A stretch of 64,000 bases of DNA from Longimicrobiales bacterium (GCA_965226375.1 CBDDCX010000008.1:128001-192000); one strand, 5' to 3'; positions 48,204 through 59,539 are shown, counted from the stretch's first letter. The notes: generated by a model from the letters alone, not told the origin. Numbers and translations are program-made.

Positions 48204-49670
48204 TTGACCGAGACCGGTGAGGACCTCACACGGTCGGCGGATGTGAATCCGGGCGGTGGGGTCGAGCGGCCGAGCCGAACCGACGAGTTGATCGGGCTCC
48301 TTTCGAGCAAGGTCGTGGGTCAGGCCCACGCCTTGGAGCACATCGTCCCGAGCATTCAACTCCATCAGTCTGGGCTCGCCCCTGAAGGTCGGCCGGTCGG
48401 TGTCTTCCTGCTTCTCGGACCGACCGGGACCGGTAAGACCCGGACGGTGGAGGCGCTGGCCGAGGTGCTCCACGGAGATGTGCGCAGCGTCGTCAAGATC
48501 GACTGTGGCGAATTCCAACACGAGCACGAGGTGGCCAAGCTCATCGGTGCACCACCCGGGTACGTGGGGCATGCCCAGACGGAGCCCAGGCTTACACAAA
48601 ACATTCTGGATGCCGCCGCGAGCGAGCGAAGCGATCTCACACTGGTCCTATTCGAGGAGATCGAGAAGGCGGCTACTTCGCTCGCTCAGCTGCTACTCGG
48701 CGTGCTCGATAAGGCTACTCTCAGGTTGGGTGACGGCTCTGAGGTGGACTTCGAGCGGGCGATCATCTTCCTGACGAGCAACCTGGGCGCCCGTGACATG
48801 ATGGCCGAGATCCGGCCCGGTCTGGGTTTCGACACACAGCCGCGGCGACCCGGTCCCGAGCTCGCGGCACATCTCGAGCGGGTCGGACTGCGTGCTGTTC
48901 AGCGTCACTTTTCACCGGAATTCGTCAATCGAATCGACGCGGTGATCACCTACCGCCCCTTGGGCAACGACTCGCTGGTGGCCATTCTCGAGCAGCACGT
49001 GATGGACCTGCAGCTTCATGTTCAGAGTCGCCTCGGCAACCGCTCTTTCGAGATCGAAGTTGCGCCCGCGGCCCGGTTCTTCATGCTGGACAAGGGAACG
49101 AGCATGGAGTATGGGGCCCGCGAGCTACGTCGTACCATCCACCGGCACCTCACGCAGCCCTTGGCCGCCATGGTGGCGAACGGACAAGTGGCGCCCGGTG
49201 CCATTGTCACCGTGGACCTCCATGAAGAGGGCGACCATCTGACCCTTGTCCCCGTGGGGGGGACGCCCGGTCAGGAGATCGCGCCATTGAAGGTCCTCGC
49301 CCTGGACGACAACGATGCGCTCCTGGGCTGGATCGAGCGTGTTCTGGTGGACGAGGGCCATGAGGTGCGGTTGGCCACCACAGTGGAGAGTGCGCGCCGG
49401 ATGGCGTCGGAGGTGCAACCCGATGTCCTCCTTTTCGACCACATCCTTCCGGACGGCGAAGGTGTGAGGTTCGCGGTGGAGCTGCTCAAGGAGTTCGAGA
49501 ACGCGGGCGCGGTCGTGATGAGCGGGGCGACCCTGGACGAAGAGGAGTTCCTGCTCTGTCAGCGCTATGAGATCGCGTTCCTGAAGAAGCCCTTCGTCGC
49601 CGAGGAGCTCTTGGGTGCCCTGGAGGCCCTCTGCCTCAGTGGAGGAAGCAGCCGCTCCGCCACGGCTTGA
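48204..49670 (+). CDS. ClpA/B D2-type AAA+ ATPase fused to a C-terminal receiver (REC) domain
   Basis: GPTGTGKT, LIGAPPGYVG, LFEEIEKA, TSN, PEFVNRID, YGARELRR; then LALDDN...LFDHILPDGEG...MSG...LKKPF. Confidence 0.85.
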   Translation: MTETGEDLTRSADVNPGGGVERPSRTDELIGLLSSKVVGQAHALEHIVPSIQLHQSGLAPEGRPVGVFLLLGPTGTGKTRTVEALAEVLHGDVRSVVKIDCGEFQHEHEVAKLIGAPPGYVGHAQTEPRLTQNILDAAASERSDLTLVLFEEIEKAATSLAQLLLGVLDKATLRLGDGSEVDFERAIIFLTSNLGARDMMAEIRPGLGFDTQPRRPGPELAAHLERVGLRAVQRHFSPEFVNRIDAVITYRPLGNDSLVAILEQHVMDLQLHVQSRLGNRSFEIEVAPAARFFMLDKGTSMEYGARELRRTIHRHLTQPLAAMVANGQVAPGAIVTVDLHEEGDHLTLVPVGGTPGQEIAPLKVLALDDNDALLGWIERVLVDEGHEVRLATTVESARRMASEVQPDVLLFDHILPDGEGVRFAVELLKEFENAGAVVMSGATLDEEEFLLCQRYEIAFLKKPFVAEELLGALEALCLSGGSSRSATA

Positions 49671-49766
49671 CCCAGTGTTTTCTCCGCCCCATCCTGACCT
49701 TCTTTCGAGTCGCGGTCGGATCCCCGGGAACCGGTCGTGATCCTTCTCCCCGACAGGGAGCCGTTC

Positions 49767-50234
49767 ATGCCAGTCGTTTCCATGCAGGTAAACGGGCAAG
49801 CGGTCTCACACGAGGTCCAGGAGCGCACTCTCCTCGTGGACTTTCTGCGTGAGACACTGACGCTCACCGGCACCCATGTCGGGTGCGACACGAGCCAGTG
49901 TGGAGCTTGTGTGGTGCACGTTGGAGGCAAGTCGGTCAAGAGCTGCGCCATGCTGGCGGTCGAAGCCGAGGGCGCCGAGGTCATGACCATCGAAGGGGTC
50001 GCGACGAACGGAGTGCTCCACCCGATGCAGGAGGCCTTCAAGGAGCATCACGGGCTGCAGTGTGGTTTCTGCACACCGGGCATGGTCATGAGCAGCCTCG
50101 ACTTGGTGAGCGGCAACCCCTCGCCGTCCGAAGGCGACGTGCGGGAGTGGCTGGAGGGCAACCTCTGCCGCTGCACGGGCTACCACAACATCGTGAAGGC
50201 CGTGCAGTCGGCGGCCTCCGAAATGGGAGGCTGA
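49767..50234 (+). CDS. coxS: CO dehydrogenase/xanthine dehydrogenase-family small [2Fe-2S] subunit
   Basis: [30 protein letters not shown]. Confidence 0.93.
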   Translation: MPVVSMQVNGQAVSHEVQERTLLVDFLRETLTLTGTHVGCDTSQCGACVVHVGGKSVKSCAMLAVEAEGAEVMTIEGVATNGVLHPMQEAFKEHHGLQCGFCTPGMVMSSLDLVSGNPSPSEGDVREWLEGNLCRCTGYHNIVKAVQSAASEMGG

Positions 50235-50235
50235 T

Positions 50236-52602
50236 ATGGCGGAGAACGGAATCGGGGCCGCCGTACGGCGGAAGGAAGACGGCCGTTTCCTGACCGGGAA
50301 AGGCCGCTACACGGATGACATCAACCGCCCGGGGCAGACGTACGCATACCTCGTGCGCTCTCCGGAGGCACACGCCAACATCTCCGGCATCGACACCGCG
50401 GCGGCCGCGTCTGCTCCGGGAGTGGTGGCCGTGTTCGCTGGGGCCGACATGGCCGCCGATGGACTGGGCGGTTTGCCGTGCGGATGGGGCATTCACAACA
50501 AGGACGGCTCACCCATGGTAGAGCCGCCCCATCCGCCGCTCGTGGTCGATCGGGTCCGGCACGTGGGTGACATCGTCGCGGTGGTGATCGCCGAGACGAA
50601 GGCCCAGGCCAAGGAAGCCGCTGCGCTCGTCGACGTCGAGTACGAGAACCTCCCGGCCGTCGCGTCTCTGAGCGCGGCCGTGAGCGAGGGCGCTCCGCAG
50701 GTGTGGGAGGACGCTCCCGGCAATGTCTGCTTCGATTGGGAGATCGGTGACCAGGCGGCCACCGAAGCGGCGTTCGAGGGAGCAGCGCACGTGGTGTCGA
50801 TCGACATCGTGAACAACCGTCTCATCCCGAACGCCATCGAGCCTCGGGTGGCAATTGGCGACTACGACACCGTGAGCGGCGACTATACGCTCTACACGTC
50901 AAGCCAGAACCCGCACGTCATCAGGCTGCTCATGGGCGCGTTCGTCATGCAGATCCCGGAGCACAAGCTCCGGGTGGTGTCCCCTGATGTCGGAGGTGCC
51001 TTCGGCTCCAAGATCTTCCACTACGCGGAAGAGGTCATCATGACCTGGGCCGCGTCCAAGATCGGACGCCCTGTGAAGTGGACCGCCGAGCGCTCCGAAT
51101 CGTTCATGTCCGACGCGCACGGGCGGGACCACGTGACCCACGCCGAGCTGGCCCTGGACGAGGAGGGGCGCTTCCTGGCTCTGCGGGTGAGCACGCTCGC
51201 CAACCTCGGCGCCTACATCTCCACGTTCGGCGCGGCGGTCCCCACGATCCTGCACGGCACGCTTTTCGCCGGCTGCTACACCACGCCGGCTATCTACGGT
51301 GAAGTGAAGGCGATCTTCACCAACACGGTGCCGGTGGACGCGGTCCGTGGTGCGGGGCGACCGGAAGCGTCGTTCATGCTCGAGCGCCTCGTAGACGTGT
51401 CCGCCCGCCGGCTGGGGATGGATCCGGTCGAGATCCGCAGGAAGAACTTCATTCAGCCGGATCAGTTCCCCTATCAGACGCCGGTGCTGTTGGAGTACGA
51501 CACGGGGGACTACGACGGTACGCTGGACTTGGTGCTCGAGCTTTCCGAGTGGGAGGGATTCGAGGCTCGCAGGGAAGAAGCCAAGTCCAGGGGCAAGCTC
51601 CGTGGAATCGGCCTGTCGACGTTCCTCGAAGCGTGCGGGATCGCCCCCTCAGCGGTGGCGGGCGCGCTGGGCGCACGAGCCGGACTCTTCGAAGTCGGCC
51701 AGGTGCGGGTGCACCCCACCGGCAGCGTGACGGTCTTGACGGGAAGCCACAGCACCGGCCAGGGCCATGAGACGGCCTTTGCTCAGATCGTTTCCGAGGG
51801 CTTTGGTATCGGGATCGACCTGGTAGAGATAGTCCACGGGGATACCGACAAGGTGCCCTTCGGGATGGGCACCTACGGCTCACGCTCTCTGGCAGTGGGC
51901 GGGTCGGCGATCCACAACGCCATGCAAAAGATCATTGCCAAGGGTACGAAAATCGCCGCCCACCTCATGGAGGCCGCCGAGGCCGATGTCGTCTTTGAGG
52001 ACGGTCGCTTCACCGTGACCGGTACCGACAAGTCCCTGGGTCTTGCCGACGTGTCGCTGGCGGCCTATGTGCCTCACAATTATCCGGAAGATCTGGAGCC
52101 GGGCTTGGAGGAGACGGCCTTCTACGATCCCAAGAACTTCACCTTCCCTGCAGGGGCTCATGTGGCGGAGGTGGAGATCGACCCGGAAACCGGCGTCGTG
52201 GAGTTGGTCGCGGTCTCCTGCGCCGACGACGTTGGGCGTATTATCAACCCCATGATCGTCGATGGCCAAATGCACGGAGGCCTGGCGCACGGGATCGGCC
52301 AGGCGCTGCTGGAGTGCTGCAAGTACGACGACGACGGACAGCTTATAACGGGCTCGTACATGAACTACACGATGCCTCGGGCGGCGGACCTGCCCTTCTT
52401 CAAGACGGGACACAACATCACCAACTGCACCCACAATCCGCTGGGTGTGAAGGGTGTCGGTGAGGTGGGCTCCATCGGAGTGCCGCCCGCCGTGATCAAC
52501 GCTGTCGTAGACGCCCTGGCTCATCTGGGTGTCGAGCACATGGACATGCCGGCAACTCCGGAGCGCGTCTGGCGCGCGATCCGGGACGCGGCGGCGAACT
52601 GA
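50236..52602 (+). CDS. coxL: Molybdopterin large subunit, form II CoxL-like
   Basis: RKED.RF.TG.G.Y.DD, GGAFGSK, AVRGAGR, GQGHET, GTYGSRS, GVKGVGE. Confidence 0.9.
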   Translation: MAENGIGAAVRRKEDGRFLTGKGRYTDDINRPGQTYAYLVRSPEAHANISGIDTAAAASAPGVVAVFAGADMAADGLGGLPCGWGIHNKDGSPMVEPPHPPLVVDRVRHVGDIVAVVIAETKAQAKEAAALVDVEYENLPAVASLSAAVSEGAPQVWEDAPGNVCFDWEIGDQAATEAAFEGAAHVVSIDIVNNRLIPNAIEPRVAIGDYDTVSGDYTLYTSSQNPHVIRLLMGAFVMQIPEHKLRVVSPDVGGAFGSKIFHYAEEVIMTWAASKIGRPVKWTAERSESFMSDAHGRDHVTHAELALDEEGRFLALRVSTLANLGAYISTFGAAVPTILHGTLFAGCYTTPAIYGEVKAIFTNTVPVDAVRGAGRPEASFMLERLVDVSARRLGMDPVEIRRKNFIQPDQFPYQTPVLLEYDTGDYDGTLDLVLELSEWEGFEARREEAKSRGKLRGIGLSTFLEACGIAPSAVAGALGARAGLFEVGQVRVHPTGSVTVLTGSHSTGQGHETAFAQIVSEGFGIGIDLVEIVHGDTDKVPFGMGTYGSRSLAVGGSAIHNAMQKIIAKGTKIAAHLMEAAEADVVFEDGRFTVTGTDKSLGLADVSLAAYVPHNYPEDLEPGLEETAFYDPKNFTFPAGAHVAEVEIDPETGVVELVAVSCADDVGRIINPMIVDGQMHGGLAHGIGQALLECCKYDDDGQLITGSYMNYTMPRAADLPFFKTGHNITNCTHNPLGVKGVGEVGSIGVPPAVINAVVDALAHLGVEHMDMPATPERVWRAIRDAAAN

Positions 52603-52612
52603 AGGGAAGACC

Positions 52613-53407
52613 ATGGACAACTTCACGTTCCATCGCCCCGGCACGGTGGCCGAGGCCCAGGATGCCATTCGTGCGGCCGACGCCGGCAAGTTCCTGGCCG
52701 GCGGTCAGAGCCTTCTTCCCATCATGAAGCTGGACATGGCGGCGGCGAGCGATGTCGTGTCGTTGGCGGGACTCGAGGAGCTCCGGGGGATTCAGCGCAA
52801 CGGCGATACGTTGTCGATCGGAGCCGCGATGACACACGCCGAGGTGAGCGGCTCCGCCGACGTGCGGAACGCCATTCCGGCGCTCGCAGACTTGGCGGGG
52901 GGCATCGGAGATCCTCAGGTGCGGAACCGCGGCACGCTGGGCGGCTCGGTCGCCCACAGTGATCCTGCGGCGGACTATCCGGCGGCCTTGGTCGCAACAG
53001 GCGCCACGGTGGTGACCGATCGGCGTGAGATCGCCGCCGAGGACTTCTTCGTCGGCATGTTCGAGACTCCTCTCGAGGACGACGAGATCATCACGTCGGT
53101 GCGCTTTCCCATTCCCGAGCGGGCCGCATACGCCAAGTTCCCGAATCCGGCCTCCAAGTATGCCATTACCGGTGTCATGGTGGCTCAGGGTGGTGGCGGG
53201 GTCCGGGTCGCGGTGTCCGGCGCGGGATACAACGTCTTCCGTGCGAGCGCCCTGGAAGAGGCGCTGTCATCCGATTTCTCGTCGGGGGCACTCGACGGCA
53301 TCAGTGTAGACCCGGACGGTCTGGTCTCGGACACGGACGCCAGCGCCGAGTATCGGGCGCATCTGGTGTCCGTCATGGCCCGCCGCGCCGTGGAGGCGTG
53401 CGCATAG
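52613..53407 (+). CDS. coxM: FAD-binding medium subunit
   Basis: [28 protein letters not shown]. Confidence 0.92.
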   Translation: MDNFTFHRPGTVAEAQDAIRAADAGKFLAGGQSLLPIMKLDMAAASDVVSLAGLEELRGIQRNGDTLSIGAAMTHAEVSGSADVRNAIPALADLAGGIGDPQVRNRGTLGGSVAHSDPAADYPAALVATGATVVTDRREIAAEDFFVGMFETPLEDDEIITSVRFPIPERAAYAKFPNPASKYAITGVMVAQGGGGVRVAVSGAGYNVFRASALEEALSSDFSSGALDGISVDPDGLVSDTDASAEYRAHLVSVMARRAVEACA

Positions 53408-54306
53408 AGAATCGTGGATCGATCCCGGATTCGGTCGAGGATACCGTCACGCTCCTCGGCGAGGAGGACTATATAGCGGACCGATCTCTCGCCACGGCCG
53501 TCTACCTGTCGTTGAGTTTGGGTAGGCCGCTCTTCCTGGAGGGAGAGGCGGGGGTGGGCAAGACCGAAGTAGGGAAGGTCCTCGCCTCGGGACTGCGGCG
53601 GCGCTTGATCCGGCTCCAGTGTTATGAGGGATTGGACGTGTCGTCCGCCGTCTATGAGTGGAACTACGCGCGCCAGATGATCGAGATCCGGATCGCTGAA
53701 GCGGCGGGCGTTACGGATCGGATCAGGCTCGAGTCCGACGTCTTCTCGGACGAGTTTCTGATCCGCCGGCCCCTTCTCGAGGCCCTCTCTCCCCACCCCG
53801 AGGGCCCCCCCGTTCTCCTCATCGACGAGCTGGATCGCACCGACGAGCCCTTCGAGGCATTTCTCCTGGAGCTTCTTTCCGACTTCCAGGTCACCGTACC
53901 CGAAGTGGGGACGATCAAGGCGGACGAGCCGCCGGTCGTGATCATCACCTCCAATCGCACGCGCGAGATCCACGACGCTCTCAAGCGACGCTGCTTCTAT
54001 CACTGGATCGACTATCCGACCAGAGAGCGGGAGACGGAGATCGTGGCGGTACGTGTGCCGGAAGCCGGTGAAGAGTTCACCCGTCAGGTGGTCGGCTTTG
54101 TCCAGAGACTGCGCGAGCAAGATCTCTTCAAGGTGCCCGGCCTCGCCGAGTCCATCGACTGGACCCGTGCGCTCTTGGTCCTGGGTCGCTCGAGCCTCGA
54201 CCACGAGGTGGTGAACGAGACTCTCGGCGTGCTTCTCAAGTACGAAGATGACTTGGCTCGCGTGCGTGGCGATCCGGTCGCCACCATCCTGCAGGAAGTT
54301 GGCTGA
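53398..54306 (+). CDS. coxD: MoxR-family AAA+ ATPase (CoxD-like)
   Basis: [38 protein letters not shown]. Confidence 0.9.
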   Translation: MRIENRGSIPDSVEDTVTLLGEEDYIADRSLATAVYLSLSLGRPLFLEGEAGVGKTEVGKVLASGLRRRLIRLQCYEGLDVSSAVYEWNYARQMIEIRIAEAAGVTDRIRLESDVFSDEFLIRRPLLEALSPHPEGPPVLLIDELDRTDEPFEAFLLELLSDFQVTVPEVGTIKADEPPVVIITSNRTREIHDALKRRCFYHWIDYPTRERETEIVAVRVPEAGEEFTRQVVGFVQRLREQDLFKVPGLAESIDWTRALLVLGRSSLDHEVVNETLGVLLKYEDDLARVRGDPVATILQEVG

Positions 54307-55579
54307 CTCCGGACCCTCGGGTCCCGGCGAGTTGAGTGCTGGCCCGCCTCCCTGGGGCGATCAACTCGCTGAACGGGTGACCGATTTCGCGCGGCTGCTC
54401 CGACGGGCTGGACTCCCTTCGGGCCCCGGTGACGTGGTGAACGCCATGGGCGCACTCGCGACGGTGGACATCACCCGCCCCGACGAGTTCTTCTGGGCCC
54501 TTCACGCGGTCTTCGTGAGGCGGGGGGAACACAGGGCGACTTTCTCGGAGGCCTTCAAGTTGTTCTGGTCTGATCGTCCTCCTTCGAACGCGTTCTTGGA
54601 CGAGCTGCTGTCCCTCTCGAAGGCGGCGGTACCCGCACGGCCACGTTTGCAACGGCGCCTGGCCGAGGCCTGGGCGGAGGGCGGCCACGGGGCCAAACCC
54701 GAACGGGACAGGGTCGAAGCCGACCTTCGGATGACGTATTCGGAGCGAGAGGCTCTGTCGAAGAAGGACTTCGAGCAGATGTCCGTCGAAGAGATGGAGG
54801 CCGCCCGCGACGCCATCGCTCGCATGCAGCTTCCCGTCCGGGACCTGCCGACCCGGCGGCGTCGACCGCACCCGCTGGGGTCCGAGGTGGACCTGCGGCG
54901 CACGCACCGCGCGACGCTCAGGACGGGTGGGGCCACGATCCCCTTGGAATGGCGTACGCGGCGGCGGCGCCCACCCGCCATCGTGGCCCTGTGTGACGTC
55001 TCGGGGTCGATGACCGGTTACACCCGGATGCTTCTACACTTCCTCCACACCCTGACGAACGACAGAGACCGGGTGCACTCCTTCCTCTTCGGAACGCGTC
55101 TCACCAACGCCACGCGTCACCTGCGGCATCGCGACGTGGACGTGGCGCTCGAGCGTCTGAGCCACGTGGTAAAGGACTGGGACGGGGGAACGCGCATCGG
55201 GGCTTGCATCGAGGAGTTCAATCGCCATTGGTCGCGGCGGGTGCTGGGGCAGGGAGCCGTAGTCTTGCTGATCACCGATGGGCTGGACAGGGAAGGGGCC
55301 GATGGGTTGGGCGTCGCCATGGATCGTTTGCACCGTTCGTGCCGACGGCTAATCTGGCTCAATCCCTTGCTTCGCTACGATCGGTTCCGGGCGGAGGCAC
55401 AGGGCATCAAGGCCATTCTTCCCCACGTGGACGACTTCCGATCGGTACACAGCCTGAACAGTCTCAGGGAATTGACCCGGGCACTGACGTCGCCGTCTAC
55501 GCCCGTCCGAAGAGGCGCCGGACCCACGATCCCAACGACCGGAGCAGAAGCGGAAGCAGGGGTAGCGACTCCGGGTTAG
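54248..55579 (+). CDS. coxE: VWA-domain protein (CoxE-like)
   Basis: CDVSGSM, F.FGTRL, W.GGTRIG, ITDGLD, WLNPL; start uncertain. Confidence 0.88.
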   Translation: MTWLACVAIRSPPSCRKLADSGPSGPGELSAGPPPWGDQLAERVTDFARLLRRAGLPSGPGDVVNAMGALATVDITRPDEFFWALHAVFVRRGEHRATFSEAFKLFWSDRPPSNAFLDELLSLSKAAVPARPRLQRRLAEAWAEGGHGAKPERDRVEADLRMTYSEREALSKKDFEQMSVEEMEAARDAIARMQLPVRDLPTRRRRPHPLGSEVDLRRTHRATLRTGGATIPLEWRTRRRRPPAIVALCDVSGSMTGYTRMLLHFLHTLTNDRDRVHSFLFGTRLTNATRHLRHRDVDVALERLSHVVKDWDGGTRIGACIEEFNRHWSRRVLGQGAVVLLITDGLDREGADGLGVAMDRLHRSCRRLIWLNPLLRYDRFRAEAQGIKAILPHVDDFRSVHSLNSLRELTRALTSPSTPVRRGAGPTIPTTGAEAEAGVATPG

Positions 55580-56096
55580 CATCGGCGGCTTCGACCGGAT
55601 CGGTGCTCGCTGGCGCGTCGGGGGCTCTGGCCGGTCCACTTTCTGAGAGGTGGTCGGCCAGGCGGGCGGTGAACTCCTTGAAGACCTCCGTCGTGACGGC
55701 CTGGATCATGCCGCGCCCGAAGCGGACGATCTTTCCGGCCAACCGGATGTCGGCCACCACCGTGACCGCTGAGCGGCCTCCCTCCAACTCGTGGACCGCG
55801 CTCTCCATGGTAAGCGTGGCCGTGCCACCGCCCCGCTTCTCGCTGCCCTTACCCTCCATCCGGATCACGCGTCGTTCCGCATCCACCTTCGTGAATTCCA
55901 CCGTCCCGTGGTACTCCATGGCCACGGCCCCGAGCTTCACCTTGACCCGTCCCGAGTAGTTGCGCTCGTCGATGACCTCGGTGAGCTCGGCGCCCGGCAG
56001 GCACACGACGATGCGCTCCGGGTGGGTGAGGCACGCCCAGGCTTCATCCGCTGGAGCGTCCAACTCGAAGTGCTCTTCGATCTTGAGAGAGGACAT
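55497..56096 (-). CDS. coxG: SRPBCC-family CoxG-like protein
   Basis: W..L..PE....CLPGA, VKVKLG, GKIVRFGRGMI. Confidence 0.85.
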   Translation of the reverse strand: MSSLKIEEHFELDAPADEAWACLTHPERIVVCLPGAELTEVIDERNYSGRVKVKLGAVAMEYHGTVEFTKVDAERRVIRMEGKGSEKRGGGTATLTMESAVHELEGGRSAVTVVADIRLAGKIVRFGRGMIQAVTTEVFKEFTARLADHLSESGPARAPDAPASTDPVEAADANPESLPLLPLLLRSLGSWVRRLFGRA

Positions 56097-56102
56097 TCGG
56101 CT

Positions 56103-56786
56103 CTATTGGTTCAAGGTAGTATTCGATGCTCGTCCGGTCGGTTCGTCATCGGTGGCCGTGAGTGCCTGGAGCGCCTCGGGTGTGTCCACATCGGTAAGGA
56201 TGCCGGCCGAGTCCACCGGAACCTCGTGCAACATGGTCTCGTGCTGTGTCATGAGCACTTTGGCGCCGAGGTCTCCGGAGAGGGTCCCGAACTCGGGGAG
56301 CATGTCCGCGGTCCACAGCACGGGATTCCCTCTTCGTCCCTGCCACGTGGGAACGAAGATGGAACCGTCCGGATCTGCGAGGAAGGCGTGAATCAGAGCG
56401 TCGATATGACTCGGGAGCACGCGCGGCATGTCGCCGAGGCACACGACCACGGCCTGGGTCCCGTCCGGAAGGCCGTAGACGCCGGCCCGGAGAGACGTGC
56501 TGAGGCCCTGGGCGTGGTCGGGGTTCCACAAGGTGTCGATCGGGAGCTCGCTCAGGCAGGCTTCCACCTGTTCGCGTCCTTTGCCCGTGACGACGACAAC
56601 CGAGTCTGCGCGGGACGCGAGGGCGGTCCGTACGACGGTCGCCACCATGGGGATGCCGTCGATCGGCTCCAGTAGCTTGTTCCGGTCTCCCATGCGCTTT
56701 GACGATCCGGCTGCCAGCACCAGGCACGTCACTCGCGAGGGACCGATCGGGGAGTGATCCGTGGCCTCCGACGTGTCGCCGCTCAT
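56103..56786 (-). CDS. mocA: Molybdenum cofactor cytidylyltransferase
   Basis: LAAGSSKRMG..NKLL, LGDMP, GNPV, GDLGA, DVDT. Confidence 0.88.
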   Translation of the reverse strand: MSGDTSEATDHSPIGPSRVTCLVLAAGSSKRMGDRNKLLEPIDGIPMVATVVRTALASRADSVVVVTGKGREQVEACLSELPIDTLWNPDHAQGLSTSLRAGVYGLPDGTQAVVVCLGDMPRVLPSHIDALIHAFLADPDGSIFVPTWQGRRGNPVLWTADMLPEFGTLSGDLGAKVLMTQHETMLHEVPVDSAGILTDVDTPEALQALTATDDEPTGRASNTTLNQ

Positions 56787-57475
56787 GTCACGTCTTGCCG
56801 GAGCTCTCCGATGACCTGCGCCAGGATGGCAGCGGCGATCTCGCCGGGTGTCCGTGCTCCGATGTCCAGGCCCACGGGTCCGTGGATTCTGGACAGGGCC
56901 TCACCGTCGAACCCGGCCTCGGTCAAGCGCTCGAGGCGGCGGCTCTGCGTCTTTCGACTCCCCAGGGCTCCGATGTAGAAGGCTGGGCTGCTCAGTGCGG
57001 CCACGAGCGCAGGGTCGTCGAGTTTGGGATCGTGGGTGAGCGTCACCACCGCCGTTCGATGGTCCAGCTCGAGATCGACAAGGGCCGTGTCCGGCCACGA
57101 GAGGCGGCGGTCGACACCCGGAAAACGAGCCTCGGTATTGAAGGCCTCACGGGGATCGATGAGCGACACATGGAAGCCGGCGTGGCTCGCCATCTGAGTC
57201 AACGGCTGGGCGATATGTACGGCGCCCACTAGCACCATCCGGTGAGGTGGATTGTGTACCTGAAGGAAGTAGCGGCCATCGGGTCCATCCACGGGCCGGG
57301 ACCGGTCGTTGAGGAGCGCCTTGCGGGCCGCCTCGTAAAGTGGTGCTTCACCGTCCGGTCCGGCCTCCAGAGGGTAAAGGAGCGCCCCTTCTCCGCTCTC
57401 CAGGTTCGTCGCCACCACCACGGCTCGCTTGTGCCGACGATCCTGGATCAGCTGGGTCAGGACCTCGGCCTTCAC
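56783..57475 (-). CDS. xdhC: XdhC/CoxF family protein, Rossmann half
   Basis: VGAVHIA, DPR, THDPKLD, YIGALGS, GPVGLDIG..TPGEIA. Confidence 0.88.
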   Translation of the reverse strand: MKAEVLTQLIQDRRHKRAVVVATNLESGEGALLYPLEAGPDGEAPLYEAARKALLNDRSRPVDGPDGRYFLQVHNPPHRMVLVGAVHIAQPLTQMASHAGFHVSLIDPREAFNTEARFPGVDRRLSWPDTALVDLELDHRTAVVTLTHDPKLDDPALVAALSSPAFYIGALGSRKTQSRRLERLTEAGFDGEALSRIHGPVGLDIGARTPGEIAAAILAQVIGELRQDVT

Positions 57476-57798
57476 TCCACCTTCTCCACGTAGATCTCCA
57501 CCTCGCCGCCGCAGGCGAGTCCCACTTCCCACGCCTGCTCGTCAGTCACGCCGAACTGCAGGAGTCGGGTGCCCTCCTGGGCCATGAGGTCCTGAGCTTC
57601 TTGTATGACGGCGCCCTCCACACATCCGCCCGAGACCGAGCCTACAAAGTGGCCGTGCTCGTTGATGCACATCTGGCTGCCGGCCTGACGCGGCGCCGAT
57701 CCCCATGTTCGAACGACGGTCGCCAGGGCCACGCCCAACCCCTGAGCCTTCCACTCGCCGGCCTGCTCCAACACATCTAGGGGTGGGGGCTTATTCAT
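57472..57798 (-). CDS. xdhC: XdhC/CoxI family protein, N-terminal half
   Basis: LATVVRTWGSAPR, GSVSGGCVE, GLACGG. Confidence 0.88.
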   Translation of the reverse strand: MNKPPPLDVLEQAGEWKAQGLGVALATVVRTWGSAPRQAGSQMCINEHGHFVGSVSGGCVEGAVIQEAQDLMAQEGTRLLQFGVTDEQAWEVGLACGGEVEIYVEKVE

Positions 57799-57857
57799 AA
57801 GGGGAGGATACGTGGGCCCCGATCCGGAAGAAACCCCGAGAGGGCCGGGGGGTTCTA

Positions 57858-58343
57858 GTGGCCAGCCCCCACCCCAACCCTTGCGGTGGCTCTACGCCCC
57901 GACACAGGAATCCGAAGAACGTGACACCGGACGAATTCGTCGATCGCTTCAACCGGCTCCTCTCATGGGAGGACCGGTATCGCTACCTGATCCAGCTGGG
58001 CCGAAAGCTCGAACCCTATCCGGAGGAGTGTCGGGATCAGGATCATCTCGTGCCCGGATGCCTGAGCCAGGTATGGCTCGTGTCCCTCGGGAGTTCTGAC
58101 GAGGGCAGGTTGCAGCTACGGGCGGACAGCGACGCGCACATCGTGAAAGGGCTGATCTCGGTCTTGTTTCTGATGTACGCGGACAAGACGGCTGAGGAAA
58201 TCCTGTCGGCGGATGTAGAGGGCGTTTTCGAACGCCTCGACCTGGGCCAGCACCTGTCCGTCAACCGGCGGAACGGATTCTACTCGATGAACCGAAAGAT
58301 CCGTGAGCGTGCCGTAGAGGCGCTCGCCGCCGAGAGTCTCTAG
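57858..58343 (+). CDS. sufE: SufE family sulfur acceptor
   Basis: WEDRYRYLI.LG, VPGCLSQVW, DSDAHIVKGL, R.NG. Confidence 0.9.
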   Translation: MASPHPNPCGGSTPRHRNPKNVTPDEFVDRFNRLLSWEDRYRYLIQLGRKLEPYPEECRDQDHLVPGCLSQVWLVSLGSSDEGRLQLRADSDAHIVKGLISVLFLMYADKTAEEILSADVEGVFERLDLGQHLSVNRRNGFYSMNRKIRERAVEALAAESL

Positions 58344-59539
58344 AAGGCCACGTTGATCATCAGGTAGCCCCAGGTCATGTCCTCTGCCAGGCGCCCGATG
58401 TCGGCCCATGCGTCGTCCTGAAGCAGCCAGGAAAACCCGGCCTGGAACGTCAGGTCGCTGGTATACCTGTACCGGAGCGTGGCGTCGAGCTCCTCACCCA
58501 GGTGGGAGGATGCGAGCTCCCGCTGCTCGACCAGGCTGAACGTGTGTAGATCGACCCCCAGTGAGATGTCGGGGCTGATCTGATACGAGCCCTTCACGGC
58601 CAGGTCCTGGAGCCCCTGCCCCCCGGTGTGCGCCGGAATGTTGAGGAACATGTCTGCCAAGCCGTAGAACTTGTGGTTCGTGGCGAACATGGTGTCGAAC
58701 ACTTTGGTCTCGCCGTCGGCGGGGTTTGCGTCACCTGACAGATAGTCGTACCAAAGGGTCAGCGTGCCTCCGTCCCCCACATCTAAGCCGAGACGTCCAC
58801 CGAACATGTAGGCGGATACGTCGTCACCGACTCGGGTACCCCATTGAACCGTGGCTTCACCCCGGTAGCTCATCCTGCCCGTCTTGCCGGAAAAGCGTGC
58901 CCCGACACTGTTTTGGTCCGTGTCCGCTTCCGAGTCGACGGCCTGGTGGAAGGCGTACAGGTCCAGGTTCCCGGTGGTGCCGGCGCCGATCACGGCATAT
59001 GCACCCCAGAAGCTCGCGTTGTCGCTGACACTTTGGGCGACCAAGTCCTGAGTCTGGTAGCCCATGAATTCCACCGAGCCCCACGACGGATTGAAACGTG
59101 CCCGGACCCCGTCGAAGCTGCACCCTTGTTGAGTCCATCCGACGGCACCGACGAGCCTTTGCCCGCCGAGGTTGACTTCCTGCCGTCCGACTCGCGCTGC
59201 AAAGGGTGCGTCGCTGAACCTCTTGATGTCCACGTAGCCCTGATGCAGGTCGAAGTTGTCGGCGCTGAAGTCACTCAGCGTGTTCATCTCTTCGCCCCAG
59301 AACCTGACGTCCTGCAGCTCGATGTAGACCCTGATGTCGTTTTCCAGGGCTGCCTCGATCGCGGCGCGGGCCCTCATGGACGTGAACTGCTTACCGCCTG
59401 CGGCGGCTGGCTCTCGCAACTCGTGACGCGGGCGTAATTGTCCGTGAAGTGTGACCTCCTGGGCCCCCAGCGGGAGGGCCAGCGCCAGGAGGAACAGGGT
59501 AGGCAGTGATCGATGGGGTGTCATGGTCAGCTTCTTCAT
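58340..59539 (-). CDS. Alginate-export (AlgE-like) outer-membrane beta-barrel
   Basis: Signal peptide, G.LRPRHE, DLHQGY, GRQE...G.QRLVG, HKFYG, C-terminal Phe; start placed at ATG 59539. Confidence 0.8.
   Translation of the reverse strand: MKKLTMTPHRSLPTLFLLALALPLGAQEVTLHGQLRPRHELREPAAAGGKQFTSMRARAAIEAALENDIRVYIELQDVRFWGEEMNTLSDFSADNFDLHQGYVDIKRFSDAPFAARVGRQEVNLGGQRLVGAVGWTQQGCSFDGVRARFNPSWGSVEFMGYQTQDLVAQSVSDNASFWGAYAVIGAGTTGNLDLYAFHQAVDSEADTDQNSVGARFSGKTGRMSYRGEATVQWGTRVGDDVSAYMFGGRLGLDVGDGGTLTLWYDYLSGDANPADGETKVFDTMFATNHKFYGLADMFLNIPAHTGGQGLQDLAVKGSYQISPDISLGVDLHTFSLVEQRELASSHLGEELDATLRYRYTSDLTFQAGFSWLLQDDAWADIGRLAEDMTWGYLMINVAF

Noticed and set aside
49767..53407. Calling the cluster a bona fide aerobic CO dehydrogenase
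   Set aside because: Lacks the form I AYxCSFR motif and the M-S-L gene order
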